Shown: positions 10,282 through 19,583 of the stretch, piece by piece
Numbering within the stretch: the first letter of the stretch is position 1
Layout: every line of letters begins with the position of its first letter
From: an uncultured Gemmatimonadales bacterium
GTDB taxonomy: Bacteria; Gemmatimonadota; Gemmatimonadetes; Gemmatimonadales; GWC2-71-9
Direction: 5' to 3'
Length of the DNA stretch: 64,000 nt
Assembly: GCA_963779755.1 (NCBI GenBank)
Contig: CAVZZO010000001.1
Location: 800,001-864,000, forward strand
Made by a program: the position numbers and the translations under genes
The notes under the pieces: model-generated
What the model was told of the DNA's origin: nothing
Database searches by the model: none
What the model saw: the letters and a program-made list of their open reading frames with translations, nothing else

Positions 10282-10329
10282 GACCAATCCTTCTGCGCCT
10301 TGTGATTGTGACCGGATCCCGCATCCTCG

Positions 10330-10628
10330 GTCCTGCCGTCCTGCCGTCCTGCCGTCCTGCCGTCCTGCCGTCCTGCCGTCCTGCCGTCCTGCGACCGAGC
10401 GGCCTCCAATTAGAAAGCCGCGAGGAAGTCCTTTAGGGCCGTCCTGCCGTCCTGCGACCGAGCGGCCTCCAATTAGAAAGCCGCGAGGAAGTCCTTTAGG
10501 GCCGTCCTGCCGTCCTGCGACCGAGCGGCCTCCAATTAGAAAGCCGCGAGGAAGTCCTTTATGGTCGTCCTGCCGTCCTGCGACTGAGCGGCCTCCAATA
10601 GAAAGCCGCGAGGAAGTCCTTTAGGGCC
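10330..10628. repeat. GTCCTGCC octamer run merging into four 63-bp tandem repeats
   Basis: Seven octamers at 10330-10385; 63-bp units start at 10378, 10441, 10504 and 10567. Confidence 0.95.
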
Positions 10629-10631
10629 GTC

Positions 10632-11909
10632 CTACCGGTCGAACTTCATCGCTTCAGCCACATCGATGCGCATCGCCACCCGGGCCGGGTAGAGCGAGGC
10701 CAGGCAGCCGATCGTCACCACGTAGAACACCGCCTCCAGCACGCGGGCCGGCCGGAAGATGGGAACAATGACCGGATTGACCACGACGCCCGAGATGTTG
10801 AGATCCTTGCCGTAGAAGGTCGAGAGATCGAGACCGTGCCGCCACAGGAGCCAGGTCACGCCAAACCCCAGTGCGACGCCCAGGATTCCGCTCAGGCACG
10901 CCAGCAGGAGGCCTTCGGTGAACACCACCGCGCCCGTTTCTCCCCGCGTCAATCCCAGTGCCTCCAGCACCCCGAACTCGCGCTGCCGGTTGAGCACCGA
11001 CATCAGCACCGCGTTCAGGACGGCAAGCGCCACGATGGCGAAGAGCACCACCATGAAGACGTAGAATCCGAAGTCGTCGATCCGTACGGCGGATTCGAGT
11101 TCGGGGGAGGCCTGCTTCCACGAGAGGACCTGGATACCACCGCCGGCCGGGGCGTTCTCCAGCCGGGCCTGCAGGACCCGCATGGCGGCGGGAACGTCAT
11201 CGCCCGAGTGGAGCAACACGGCCACCGAGGTCGCCGCGCCCGGCGCGCCGAGCCAGCTCCGCGCCGTGGCGATCGGCATCTGCACCACGCCCTCGTCGAT
11301 CTCGGGAACGCCGGTCCGGAACATCCCGGTCACGCGCACCAGCTGTTCGGCCACCTCACCCGAGGCGCTCTGGGCGGTGAGCACCAGCCGGGATCCCAGC
11401 TTGAGCCCCAGGCGGTCCGCCAGCCCGGCGCCGATGAACGCCGCCAGCCGGTCATCCGGCTCGAGGTAACGCCCGGACGCGAGCTTGTCGTCGAGTTGGG
11501 AGAAGCCCGCTTCCAGCCCGGGATCCACTCCCTGGATCAGTACCGGGACGGCGGTGCCCGGCGAGCTGGCCAGACCGCTCACCGCCAGGCGAACCGTGAG
11601 CGCGCGGACGCCGATCGTGGTGCCCAGCGCGGCCACCGCCTTCCGGGCGGCGGCGACCCGGGCGGAATCCAGCCGGTCGTCCAGGCTGCCGCTGGAGCGA
11701 TAGCCTGGCGCTTCGATGGTGACGTGACCCGACGCCAGGCGGACGCCGTCGCTGATCCATTGTTCGTGAGCCCCGTCGCCGATCGCGCGCGAGAGCATGA
11801 GCAGCGCCAGCCCCACCACCATGGCCGATGCCGTGAGCATGCTGCGCCGGGCCTGACGCAGCATGTTGCGCAGAGAGAGACGGGCCAGAACGGGAAGATG
11901 CGAGCTCAT
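10632..11909 (-). CDS. ABC transporter permease (FtsX/LolE-like)
   Basis: RNMLRQARRSMLT, R.REFGVLEALG, SLYPARVA. Confidence 0.9.
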   Translation of the reverse strand: MSSHLPVLARLSLRNMLRQARRSMLTASAMVVGLALLMLSRAIGDGAHEQWISDGVRLASGHVTIEAPGYRSSGSLDDRLDSARVAAARKAVAALGTTIGVRALTVRLAVSGLASSPGTAVPVLIQGVDPGLEAGFSQLDDKLASGRYLEPDDRLAAFIGAGLADRLGLKLGSRLVLTAQSASGEVAEQLVRVTGMFRTGVPEIDEGVVQMPIATARSWLGAPGAATSVAVLLHSGDDVPAAMRVLQARLENAPAGGGIQVLSWKQASPELESAVRIDDFGFYVFMVVLFAIVALAVLNAVLMSVLNRQREFGVLEALGLTRGETGAVVFTEGLLLACLSGILGVALGFGVTWLLWRHGLDLSTFYGKDLNISGVVVNPVIVPIFRPARVLEAVFYVVTIGCLASLYPARVAMRIDVAEAMKFDR

Positions 11910-13165
11910 CGGCCGGACAGCGCGTCGGCGGGTGGAATCCTGGTGGCACGCCAGGCGGGATAGGCCGCGGCTGTGATGGAGGTAAAGAGCAACGCCGCCG
12001 CGCTCAGCAGCGGCGCCTCCAGCGAGTACTCCACCCGCAGGACCGGCCGGACCAGCGCGCCGGCCATGGTGAACCCGCCATAGAGGAAGCTCATGTCGGG
12101 GGGGGAATGGTGCCACCAGAGGAGCACGGGCAGCGTGAGTGCTCCGCCGGCGAGCAGGGCAAAGGCACCCAGGATGATCCCTTCGTAGATCACCGTGCGG
12201 GCGATGCCGCCGCGCTCGGTGCCCAGCGCGCGCACCACGGCGAACTCGCGGCGGCGCTCGAAGGTGGCCATCAGCATCGTGTTGGCCACCCCGAACACCG
12301 CCATGGCAAAAACGATGATGATGAGGATCCAGTTGCTGGCCCGGGCCAGCCGGGCATAATCGGCGATCTCGGGACGGAACTGCGGCCAGGCCCGCACCTG
12401 CGCCGTCATCCCCGCCGCTCCCAGCGCCGAGCGGACCGAATCCGCCACGGCCGGTGCCGCCCAGGGATCGCGCACGGCGATCGCCAGCTCGTGCACCTGG
12501 CCCGGCTCGAGCGCGAGCAGCCGTTGCAGCGTGCCGAGGGGCACCAGGGCGTAGGCGTTGTCCAGTTCGGTGACGCCGGTGCGATAGATGCCCGACACGG
12601 TAAAGAGATCGTTGCCCAGCGATCCGTCGGCCGCGGGCGCCACCAGCACCACCTCCGACCCGGGGCCGACCCGGAGCTTGCGCGCCATTTCCGCGCCGAT
12701 GGCCACCTGGCGGGTTCCCTCGAGCGGCAGGGCGCCCTGGCGGATGGTGGACAGCAGGCGGCTGACCCGGGGCTCGTGCACCGGGTCGAAACCCATGAGC
12801 ACCGCCCCCGAGGTCTCGCGCCCAGCGCTGACCAGTCCGCCGCCGAAGACGCGCGGAGCCGCGGCATCGACTCCCGGTATCGCCCGGATACGATCGAGTA
12901 TGGCGGAGAGCGCGGCGGCGCTGTCCGTTCCCAGTGTCTCATACAGGCTCCGCTCCGGCAGATACTCCGGGGTATGGACCTGTACCTGGCCGGTCAGCAG
13001 CCCGGTGCCGTTGTCGATCATCTCGGCCACGATGCCGTCGGACACCCCGACGATGACGACGGCGGCGAAATAGCCGAACGCGAGCGCCGCCCCCGTAATG
13101 AGCGTGCGCTTCCGGTTGCGTCCCAGATTGCGCCAGGCGATGCGCCACCACACGTCGCGCCTCAT
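11906..13165 (-). CDS. ABC transporter permease (FtsX/LolE-like)
   Basis: AWRNLGRNRKRT, ERRREFAVVRALG, YPAWRA. Confidence 0.9.
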   Translation of the reverse strand: MRRDVWWRIAWRNLGRNRKRTLITGAALAFGYFAAVVIVGVSDGIVAEMIDNGTGLLTGQVQVHTPEYLPERSLYETLGTDSAAALSAILDRIRAIPGVDAAAPRVFGGGLVSAGRETSGAVLMGFDPVHEPRVSRLLSTIRQGALPLEGTRQVAIGAEMARKLRVGPGSEVVLVAPAADGSLGNDLFTVSGIYRTGVTELDNAYALVPLGTLQRLLALEPGQVHELAIAVRDPWAAPAVADSVRSALGAAGMTAQVRAWPQFRPEIADYARLARASNWILIIIVFAMAVFGVANTMLMATFERRREFAVVRALGTERGGIARTVIYEGIILGAFALLAGGALTLPVLLWWHHSPPDMSFLYGGFTMAGALVRPVLRVEYSLEAPLLSAAALLFTSITAAAYPAWRATRIPPADALSGR

Positions 13166-13168
13166 GGC

Positions 13169-13948
13169 TCAGGACTGCTCCTTGAGGTTGCGCAGCGAGA
13201 AGAACGCCGGCCGCAGCCCGATATCGAACTCCAGCGACTGGTAGGTGACCACCGTCCGCTCTTCGGGCTTGTCGGCAGGAATCACTTCGAGCTTCGCCGG
13301 CACTTTCCGGCCTGAGAAGGTGCGAAAGTCGGAGAAATCCATGGTCCGGACCAGCGTCCCGTCTTCATCGTAGTATTTCGCCCAGAGGGGCATGAGGTCG
13401 TTCTTGCGTACCTGTTCCACCACCTTGCCCCAGACCACCGCTGCCTCCGGCTTGGGAGTGAGCACGAATTCCCAGACCTCTACACCCTCGCGCGGCCCCT
13501 CGTAGCCGACGGCGATATCGTAATCGTCCACCATCCGGGTTTCCTTGACCAGATCGTCGTTGGTGAAGTGGGAGCCCATCCAGGAACCCATCATCATGGA
13601 GGGCGGGATCTTGATGGTGCGGTCTACCCGGGGGAGGTAGTTCCATACTTCGTTGTCCACCTTGAGCGTTGCGGTGCCGGCTTCCTTCTGCGGCGAGGTG
13701 ACCCGTACCAGGCTGTACTCGGTGCCGAGCGACCAGACTTTCATTCTCAGGGTGCGGCTCCAGTGCGCCGTGGTGATCTGCATGGTCATGTCGCCGCGAC
13801 TCGACTGGCCCCGCAGCAGACGGTCGACCTTGTCCACCACTTCCTTCGGCGTCTGGGCCGCCGCCGGCCGGGCGCCCCCGGGGTGTGGGGTCACAGCCCA
13901 CAGGCCCAGGAGGGCCAGGGTCGCGGCGGTAAGGCGTGAGGCGTTCAT
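13169..13948 (-). CDS. Outer-membrane lipoprotein-sorting (LolA-like) protein
   Basis: WNYLPRVDRTIKIPPSMMMGSWMGSHFTNDDL signature. Confidence 0.85.
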   Translation of the reverse strand: MNASRLTAATLALLGLWAVTPHPGGARPAAAQTPKEVVDKVDRLLRGQSSRGDMTMQITTAHWSRTLRMKVWSLGTEYSLVRVTSPQKEAGTATLKVDNEVWNYLPRVDRTIKIPPSMMMGSWMGSHFTNDDLVKETRMVDDYDIAVGYEGPREGVEVWEFVLTPKPEAAVVWGKVVEQVRKNDLMPLWAKYYDEDGTLVRTMDFSDFRTFSGRKVPAKLEVIPADKPEERTVVTYQSLEFDIGLRPAFFSLRNLKEQS

Positions 13949-14589
13949 GGCTCCCCTTGCCCCCCGACGGCGGGTTCCAGCAGCCGGCGGAAGAGGTCCA
14001 TGTCGCCCTGAATGACATGGTCCCGCTCGGCCGGTGACAAGTGCTCCCAGTTCTCCGCGATCCAGCGGTCGCCGGCCTCGCCCATGCCCATGGTGATCTC
14101 CACCAGGAGTTCGAGCGGCAGATCGGTGCGCACCGTGCCCAGCGCCTGGCCGCGGCGCAGGATGTCCGTCGTCCAGCGGCGCACCAGATCGAAGACGCGA
14201 TCGGTCCCGCCCTCGCCGCCCGGAGCGCCGCGCAACCGGTAGAAGGAGCGGATCAGCTTCATATACCACGGATTGTCCTCCAGATATCGGGTGGACTCCC
14301 GCATGAGCCCTTCGAACACCGTCCAGAAGCTCTCCTGCGTGAGGTCGTCCAGGGAAAAGCCGCCGGCCAGCTCGATCATGCGGGCGGTAGCCCGCTCCAC
14401 CACGGTGGCGTAGAGGTCGGCCTTGTCGGCGAAGTAATAGTAGAGCGATCCCTTGCTCATGCCGGCCCGGTCGATGATGCGGTTGAGGGACGTGCCCTTG
14501 AACCCGCGGTGGGCGAACTCCTCGCCGGCGATGCGGATAAGACGCTCCTGGGCAGCGCCGTCAAGATTATCGAACCTACTGTATACCAT
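13945..14589 (-). CDS. TetR-family transcriptional regulator
   Basis: N-terminal HTH: AGMSKGSLYYYFADK. Confidence 0.92.
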   Translation of the reverse strand: MVYSRFDNLDGAAQERLIRIAGEEFAHRGFKGTSLNRIIDRAGMSKGSLYYYFADKADLYATVVERATARMIELAGGFSLDDLTQESFWTVFEGLMRESTRYLEDNPWYMKLIRSFYRLRGAPGGEGGTDRVFDLVRRWTTDILRRGQALGTVRTDLPLELLVEITMGMGEAGDRWIAENWEHLSPAERDHVIQGDMDLFRRLLEPAVGGQGEP

Positions 14590-14639
14590 TGGTTTAGCCT
14601 GGAAGCCCCTCTGGAGACTATAAGGTCGTACTACAGAGT

Positions 14640-14682
14640 TAGACTGTGTGGTCTATGATAACCTACTACCTGCACAGGTCAA
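14640..14682 (-). promoter_or_regulatory. Sigma70-type promoter and palindromic operator for the tetR operon
   Basis: TTGACC-N16-TATCAT on the minus strand, followed at once by TAGAC-N6-GTCTA (14640-14655). Confidence 0.55.
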
Positions 14683-14804
14683 CCGGGGTGCGCGCAAATG
14701 CGAGGGGGGAGGGCGATGCGGCGACCACGCGCGCCCGCGGTTCCGGAGGAAGAGCGCGAGAGCTCCCCCCGAAGCTCCGCTACACTCCCTGGAGGAGGTG
14801 AACA

Positions 14805-14831
14805 TGTCACAGCTCCGGGCACTTCGGTGTC
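14805..14831 (+). promoter_or_regulatory. ECF41-type promoter upstream of the sigma gene
   Basis: TGTCACA-N16-TGTC. Confidence 0.7.
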
Positions 14832-14844
14832 TTCCTTCCTGAAG

Positions 14845-15723
14845 ATGGAAACGCGCGCGGAACTCTTCGCCTCGGTGCGGCCATTGCTCTTCTCCATCGC
14901 CTACCGGATGCTCGGCAGTGTGATGGATGCGGAAGACCTGGTCCAGGACGCCTACCTGCGCTGGCAGGAGGCGCCGGAGGCGGAGGTACGTTCGCCGCGG
15001 GCCTATCTCACTACCATCGTCACCCGGCTGGCGATCAACCAGCTGCGCTCGGCCCGGCGGCGGCGTGAAACCTATGTGGGCCCCTGGCTCCCGGAGCCGC
15101 TCGTGACCGAACACGAACCCGATCCATCCGAGCCCATCGAGTTGGCGGAGTCGCTATCCATGGCCTTCCTGGTGCTGCTGGAGCGGCTCTCTCCCCTCGA
15201 GCGGGCGGTCTTCCTCCTGCGCGAGGTATTTGACTTCGAGTACGCCGAGATCGCCCGGATCGTGGACAAGACCGAGGCCAACTGTCGCCAGCTCCTGGTG
15301 CGGGCCCGGAAACACGTGGGGGATTCACGCGCCCGCTTCGAGGCCGACCCTGCCCGGGCAAAGGGTCTGGTACAGCAGTTCACGCAGGCATCGCAAGAAG
15401 GCAATCTCGAGGGCCTGGTGGCCGTGCTGGCCGAGGACATCACGCTCTGGGCGGATGGCGGCGGCAAGGTCCCCGGCGCGGCCCTGAGGCCCATCCGCGG
15501 GGCCGAATCCGTGGCCCGGTTCATCCTGGGGATCATGGGACGGTTTGTCCCGGGAGAGACGGTCGTCCGCCCTGCCGAGATCAACGGCCAGGCGGGGTTC
15601 GTGGCCTACCTCAGCGGGCGGCCGCTCGCGGCGATGATCTTCGACATCCGGGACGACCGGATCCACACCGTCTATGCCGTCGGCAACCCCGACAAGCTGC
15701 GTGGCCTGCCTGGCACCTCCTGA
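14845..15723 (+). CDS. ECF41/SigJ-type sigma factor with SnoaL-like extension
   Basis: YVGPWLPEP, DGGGK and NPDKL motifs. Confidence 0.93.
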   Translation: METRAELFASVRPLLFSIAYRMLGSVMDAEDLVQDAYLRWQEAPEAEVRSPRAYLTTIVTRLAINQLRSARRRRETYVGPWLPEPLVTEHEPDPSEPIELAESLSMAFLVLLERLSPLERAVFLLREVFDFEYAEIARIVDKTEANCRQLLVRARKHVGDSRARFEADPARAKGLVQQFTQASQEGNLEGLVAVLAEDITLWADGGGKVPGAALRPIRGAESVARFILGIMGRFVPGETVVRPAEINGQAGFVAYLSGRPLAAMIFDIRDDRIHTVYAVGNPDKLRGLPGTS

Positions 15724-15751
15724 ACCCCTCTCCGTCTGTTCCGCCTGCCCC

Positions 15752-15778
15752 TGTCACAAACCGGCGGCTCGTCTTGTC
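15752..15778 (+). promoter_or_regulatory. ECF41-type promoter upstream of the DoxX gene
   Basis: TGTCACA-N16-TGTC. Confidence 0.75.
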
Positions 15779-15849
15779 ATCACTTTGGATTCGCGAAAGA
15801 GAGAATCCGCAGGGTTCATCGAGGACGCAGACTCGTTCCGGAAGGTTGT

Positions 15850-16347
15850 ATGGGATCGCCGCATTACCTGAATGTCGTGCTCTGGGGTGTCCAGGGGTTC
15901 CTCGCGTTGTTCTTTCTCGGAGCCGGGGCGCCCAAGGTGCTGGGCCGCGGGCTCGAGCGCTGGACCGGGTTCTCCGATCTGCCCCGGCCGCTCACCGTCT
16001 TCATCGGCGTGACGGAGGTTCTCGGTGCCGCCGGGCTGTTGCTGCCGCTCGCGACCGGCATCCTCCCGTGGTTGACGCCGCTGGCCGCGCTCGGCCTGGC
16101 GATCACCGTCCTGATGGCGTCCGGCTTCCATCTGCGGGCGGACGAGCGGCTGCCGGCGCTCGAAACCGCCACCTGGGCCGCCATCGCCGCCGTCGTCGCC
16201 ATGGGCCGGTGGGACCTCTTGGCTTCAGTCGTCACATTGCCCGCGTGGGGGCTGGTCGCAGCCATTGGCCTGCTCGTGCCGCTGGTCATCACCAACATCG
16301 TCATTCTGCTGCGGCGTCCTCCGTCGACCGCCACTCGGCGCGGGTGA
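15850..16347 (+). CDS. DoxX-family membrane protein
   Basis: LWGVQGFLALFF..GAPK, IGVTEVLGAAGLLLP, LTPLAALGL. Confidence 0.85.
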   Translation: MGSPHYLNVVLWGVQGFLALFFLGAGAPKVLGRGLERWTGFSDLPRPLTVFIGVTEVLGAAGLLLPLATGILPWLTPLAALGLAITVLMASGFHLRADERLPALETATWAAIAAVVAMGRWDLLASVVTLPAWGLVAAIGLLVPLVITNIVILLRRPPSTATRRG

Positions 16348-16428
16348 CGGGCGACGCCGATCTTGAGTCGAATCCACCCGCCCAGCGAACCGGGCTGATT
16401 TACCGACATGCATCAGGGAGACCGTTCA

Positions 16429-16833
16429 ATGCAGACTGCCGCAAGAACTCTGAAACTGCTGATCCGCCTCACCGGCGGCACCGCAATGCTGCTCGGCCTG
16501 GCCTTCTGGGCCGGATACCTGCGGGGCTGGCTCCCGCTCCACCTGGTGGCCGGGCTGGGGCTGGTGCTGTCGCTCTGGGGGGTAGCAATACTTGCCTGGC
16601 GGTCGGGCACGCGCCCGGGGATGGCCACCTTCGTGGTCTTCTGGGGCGTGGCAATCCTCTGGCTTGGCGTCTCGCAGAGCCGCCTGTTGCCGGGGTCATG
16701 GCACTGGATCATCGCGCTCACCCACCTGCTGGCAGGCGGGGTCGGCATCGCGGCGGGCGCAACGCTCGCCATGTCGGTGGAACGCCGGCCGGTGCGGGTT
16801 CCCTCCGGCCCGCCCGTCCCGAGCAAGTCGTGA
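16429..16833 (+). CDS. Hypothetical 4-TM membrane protein
   Basis: Four hydrophobic helices with His residues; GGAG RBS upstream. Confidence 0.65.
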   Translation: MQTAARTLKLLIRLTGGTAMLLGLAFWAGYLRGWLPLHLVAGLGLVLSLWGVAILAWRSGTRPGMATFVVFWGVAILWLGVSQSRLLPGSWHWIIALTHLLAGGVGIAAGATLAMSVERRPVRVPSGPPVPSKS

Positions 16834-16949
16834 GCCTCACCATCTTCCCAGCGACCGGCGGCATCGGGCGGGGCGCCGGGTCACGGCCGCGAGGAGAAGC
16901 CGCGCCGGACTAGAACGGCGGGTGATGCCCGTGGATCTGGCGGCGTGGG

Positions 16950-17393
16950 TCAGCCCGCGTCGGGCGCCGGAGCCGGGTGTGCCTCGGCCGCGACTTGCAT
17001 CGGCCTCAGGAGATACTGTCTCATCTGCCGGCCGATGTAGGGAGCAAGGAGCGGCCCCAGTAGCCTTGCGGCGCCCTTCAGCCGAATGTCCGCGTCAACC
17101 GTGTAGCGCGTGCCCCCCGGAGCGGCTTCGAAGCGATTGACAAACCGTCCTTCATACCGCCGCTTGGCCTCCCACAAGTCTATGCGGCCAGGACTGACCG
17201 CCGTCATGGTGTTCAGGACCCTGCCTTCCCGGTGGTCCACTTCGACCTCTGTCTGCGCCCCGCTCGAACGCACCAACCGGACACCCCTGATAGTGGCCGG
17301 GAACAGGCGGGGCCAGTCCTCATAATCCTGATACAGCGCCGCTACCAGGCTTGGGGGCGCGTGAATGAGGATGGATTCGGTGACATGAGGCAT
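16950..17393 (-). CDS. SRPBCC/polyketide-cyclase-like protein
   Basis: ESILIHAPP..V...QDYEDWPRLFP pattern. Confidence 0.75.
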   Translation of the reverse strand: MPHVTESILIHAPPSLVAALYQDYEDWPRLFPATIRGVRLVRSSGAQTEVEVDHREGRVLNTMTAVSPGRIDLWEAKRRYEGRFVNRFEAAPGGTRYTVDADIRLKGAARLLGPLLAPYIGRQMRQYLLRPMQVAAEAHPAPAPDAG

Positions 17394-17483
17394 GGTGTAT
17401 TCCCGCAACATCAGGCTCGCTCCCGCGGTTGCCGGCCGCGGTTCAGGCCGTGCCCGACTCGGGACCCGGCGGGCCGGGCCCCG

Positions 17484-17912
17484 TCAGAGAACGGCCGCAA
17501 AGTGGAAACAGGTCCTTGCAAAGCCTTCCCGCTCGTAAAAGCGGTGTGCGTTCTCCCGATGCACCCGGGAGTCCAGATGCACCTCCGTACAGCCATGGGA
17601 ACGGGCCGCTTCCTTCAGCCAGTCCATGAGCTGCCGGCCGAAGCCGCGGGAACGGACCCGCGCGTCAGTGACGAGATCATCGATGTACAGGATGCGGCCG
17701 CAGTAGAGCATTTCCATCAGGCGGTACCCGGCCACCGCTCGCACCAGGCCGCCTTCGGTCATCGCCGCCAGCCGATAGCCCTGCTGAACCATAAGACGGC
17801 GCACTGCGGGGACGTACGCTTCCGGCGACAGGTCCGGCCGCAGCTGCCGCATTACTTCATAGGTGTGAACGAGTTCGTCGTCCGTGTGAGGCTCGATAAT
17901 CGTGGGGTCCAT
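17484..17912 (-). CDS. GNAT acetyltransferase
   Basis: YIDDLVTD..RSRGFG; LDS..AHRFY. Confidence 0.9.
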   Translation of the reverse strand: MDPTIIEPHTDDELVHTYEVMRQLRPDLSPEAYVPAVRRLMVQQGYRLAAMTEGGLVRAVAGYRLMEMLYCGRILYIDDLVTDARVRSRGFGRQLMDWLKEAARSHGCTEVHLDSRVHRENAHRFYEREGFARTCFHFAAVL

Positions 17913-17950
17913 TGGCAAAGCTCCGATCTCCTGCCTCAGCCAGTTGGGCC

Positions 17951-18838
17951 CTAAGTCTCCTGGATCGAGCCGAGCAAGGGCCGCAGCCGCTTGGGGTCCG
18001 CGAGGATGTTGATCTCGACGATCCTCCCCCGTGCCACCGTGAACGCCAGGAGCGAGAACGGCTCGCCGTGCCGGTCGAACACCGCGATTCCCGCCGCGCC
18101 GTTCACCAGCACCGGCCGGATGGTGCCGGGCTCCGCGTGCGCCGAGTAGGTGACCGCGCCGCCGGCCACGTTGCGCGCGCCGCGCACGATCCGGGTCGGA
18201 CCCACGCCGCCACCGTCGCTCCGGAGCACCACGTCCGGGTCGAGTACCTGAAGCAGCGCGTCGAAGTCCCCGCCGCGCGCGGCGGCCAGAAAGGCGTCCA
18301 CCACCTCCCGCTGGCGCCGCCGGTCGAGGTCCAACTCATCCGTGGCCGCGCCGCGCACCCGGCGCCGGGCCCGGCTCGCGAGCTGCCGCGCCGCGGCGGA
18401 GGTCCGCCCCACGATCGGTGCGATCTCCTCGAAGGGGACCGCGAACATGTCGTGCAGCACGAACGCCAGGCGCTCGGCGGGGTCCAGCCTCTCCAGCACC
18501 ACTAGCAGCGCCAGCCCGACCGAATCGGCCAGCACCAACTCGTCCTCCGGGTTGCTTTGCCCCTCCGGTGTGATGATGGGGTCGGGCACGTGGGTCTCGA
18601 GCGATTCCTCCCGCCGGTGCGCCCGCGCCCGCAGCAGATTGAGACACACCCGCGACACCACCGTCGTGAGCCATCCGCCCATGTTCTCGATGCCGTCCGT
18701 CTCGGCCCGGCTCACCCGGAGCCATGACTCCTGCACCGCGTCCTCGGCTTCGCTGACCGAGCCGAGCATCCGGTAGGCCACCGCCCGCAGCCTGGGGCGA
18801 TGCCCCTCGAACTGTCGTGCCAGCCAATCGCTATCCAT
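17951..18838 (-). CDS. ECF sigma factor with SnoaL-like C-terminal extension (ECF41/ECF56-like)
   Basis: AYRMLGSVSEAEDAVQE, ERLAFVLHDMF, LDPDVVLRSDGG. Confidence 0.92.
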   Translation of the reverse strand: MDSDWLARQFEGHRPRLRAVAYRMLGSVSEAEDAVQESWLRVSRAETDGIENMGGWLTTVVSRVCLNLLRARAHRREESLETHVPDPIITPEGQSNPEDELVLADSVGLALLVVLERLDPAERLAFVLHDMFAVPFEEIAPIVGRTSAAARQLASRARRRVRGAATDELDLDRRRQREVVDAFLAAARGGDFDALLQVLDPDVVLRSDGGGVGPTRIVRGARNVAGGAVTYSAHAEPGTIRPVLVNGAAGIAVFDRHGEPFSLLAFTVARGRIVEINILADPKRLRPLLGSIQET

Positions 18839-18839
18839 C

Positions 18840-18954
18840 GGTCACATTCCCCCGTTGCCAAGTGTCAAACCTATGACCCGGGACGCCCGGCTGATGTGAC
18901 CGTTTCCCGGGACGCCACCACCTGAGGGACGGACCCGACCGGCGGCATGTGACC
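18840..18954. promoter_or_regulatory. Three ECF41-type promoter motifs, one on plus and two on minus
   Basis: GGTCACA-N16-TGTC (+, 18840-18866); GGTCACA-N16-GGTC (-, 18875-18901); GGTCACA-N16-CGTC (-, 18928-18954). Confidence 0.7.
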
Positions 18955-18992
18955 GGTCATACAGGTGAACCGATTGATGAAGGAGCAGATCC

Positions 18993-19451
18993 ATGCAGGC
19001 AAGAATGCAGAACCCCGCGCTGGCCGTTCCCGCCGCCCTGCAGGCCCTGCAGGCCCTGCACCAGGCCGTTCAGGCCACCGGCCTGCAGCCCAGGACCATC
19101 GAGCTTGTGAACCTGCGCGCCAGCCAGATTAACGGCTGCGGCGTGTGCGCCGTGCAACATCCCCAGATCGCCCGCCGGCTGGGGGAGACGGATCAGCGGC
19201 TGTTCGCGGTGGCGGCGTGGCGGGACGCGCCCTGGTTTACCGACGCCGAGCGCGCCGCGCTGGCGCTGGCCGAGGCAGAAACCCGCCTGAGCGACCGGGC
19301 CGAGCCGGTGCCCGACGACATCTGGGAGGAGGCTGCGCGGCACTACGATGAGCAGGCGCTGGCGGGCCTCGTGCTCGCCATCGCCGGCATCAACGTCTGG
19401 AACCGGCTCAACGTCACCACCCGGCAGGTGGCGGGCGTGGCCTGGGACTGA
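18993..19451 (+). CDS. Carboxymuconolactone decarboxylase/AhpD-family protein
   Basis: LRASQINGCGVC (CxxC), ERAALALAE, INVWNRLN. Confidence 0.92.
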   Translation: MQARMQNPALAVPAALQALQALHQAVQATGLQPRTIELVNLRASQINGCGVCAVQHPQIARRLGETDQRLFAVAAWRDAPWFTDAERAALALAEAETRLSDRAEPVPDDIWEEAARHYDEQALAGLVLAIAGINVWNRLNVTTRQVAGVAWD

Positions 19452-19583
19452 TCCGTGGCCGTGTCCGCCTTCGCTCTGTCGGCTGCATGCGGTCGCCCTC
19501 CGCCGCCGTTGCCCGGTGCTACGCGGCCCGGCCTAGAGCGTCTTGAAGACACCAACGGAGGCAAATCGCCTGCCGCGTGGCCG

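Noticed and set aside
10378..10628. CRISPR array (the 63-bp period is CRISPR-like)
   Set aside because: The whole 63-bp unit is repeated almost identically, so there is no variable spacer.
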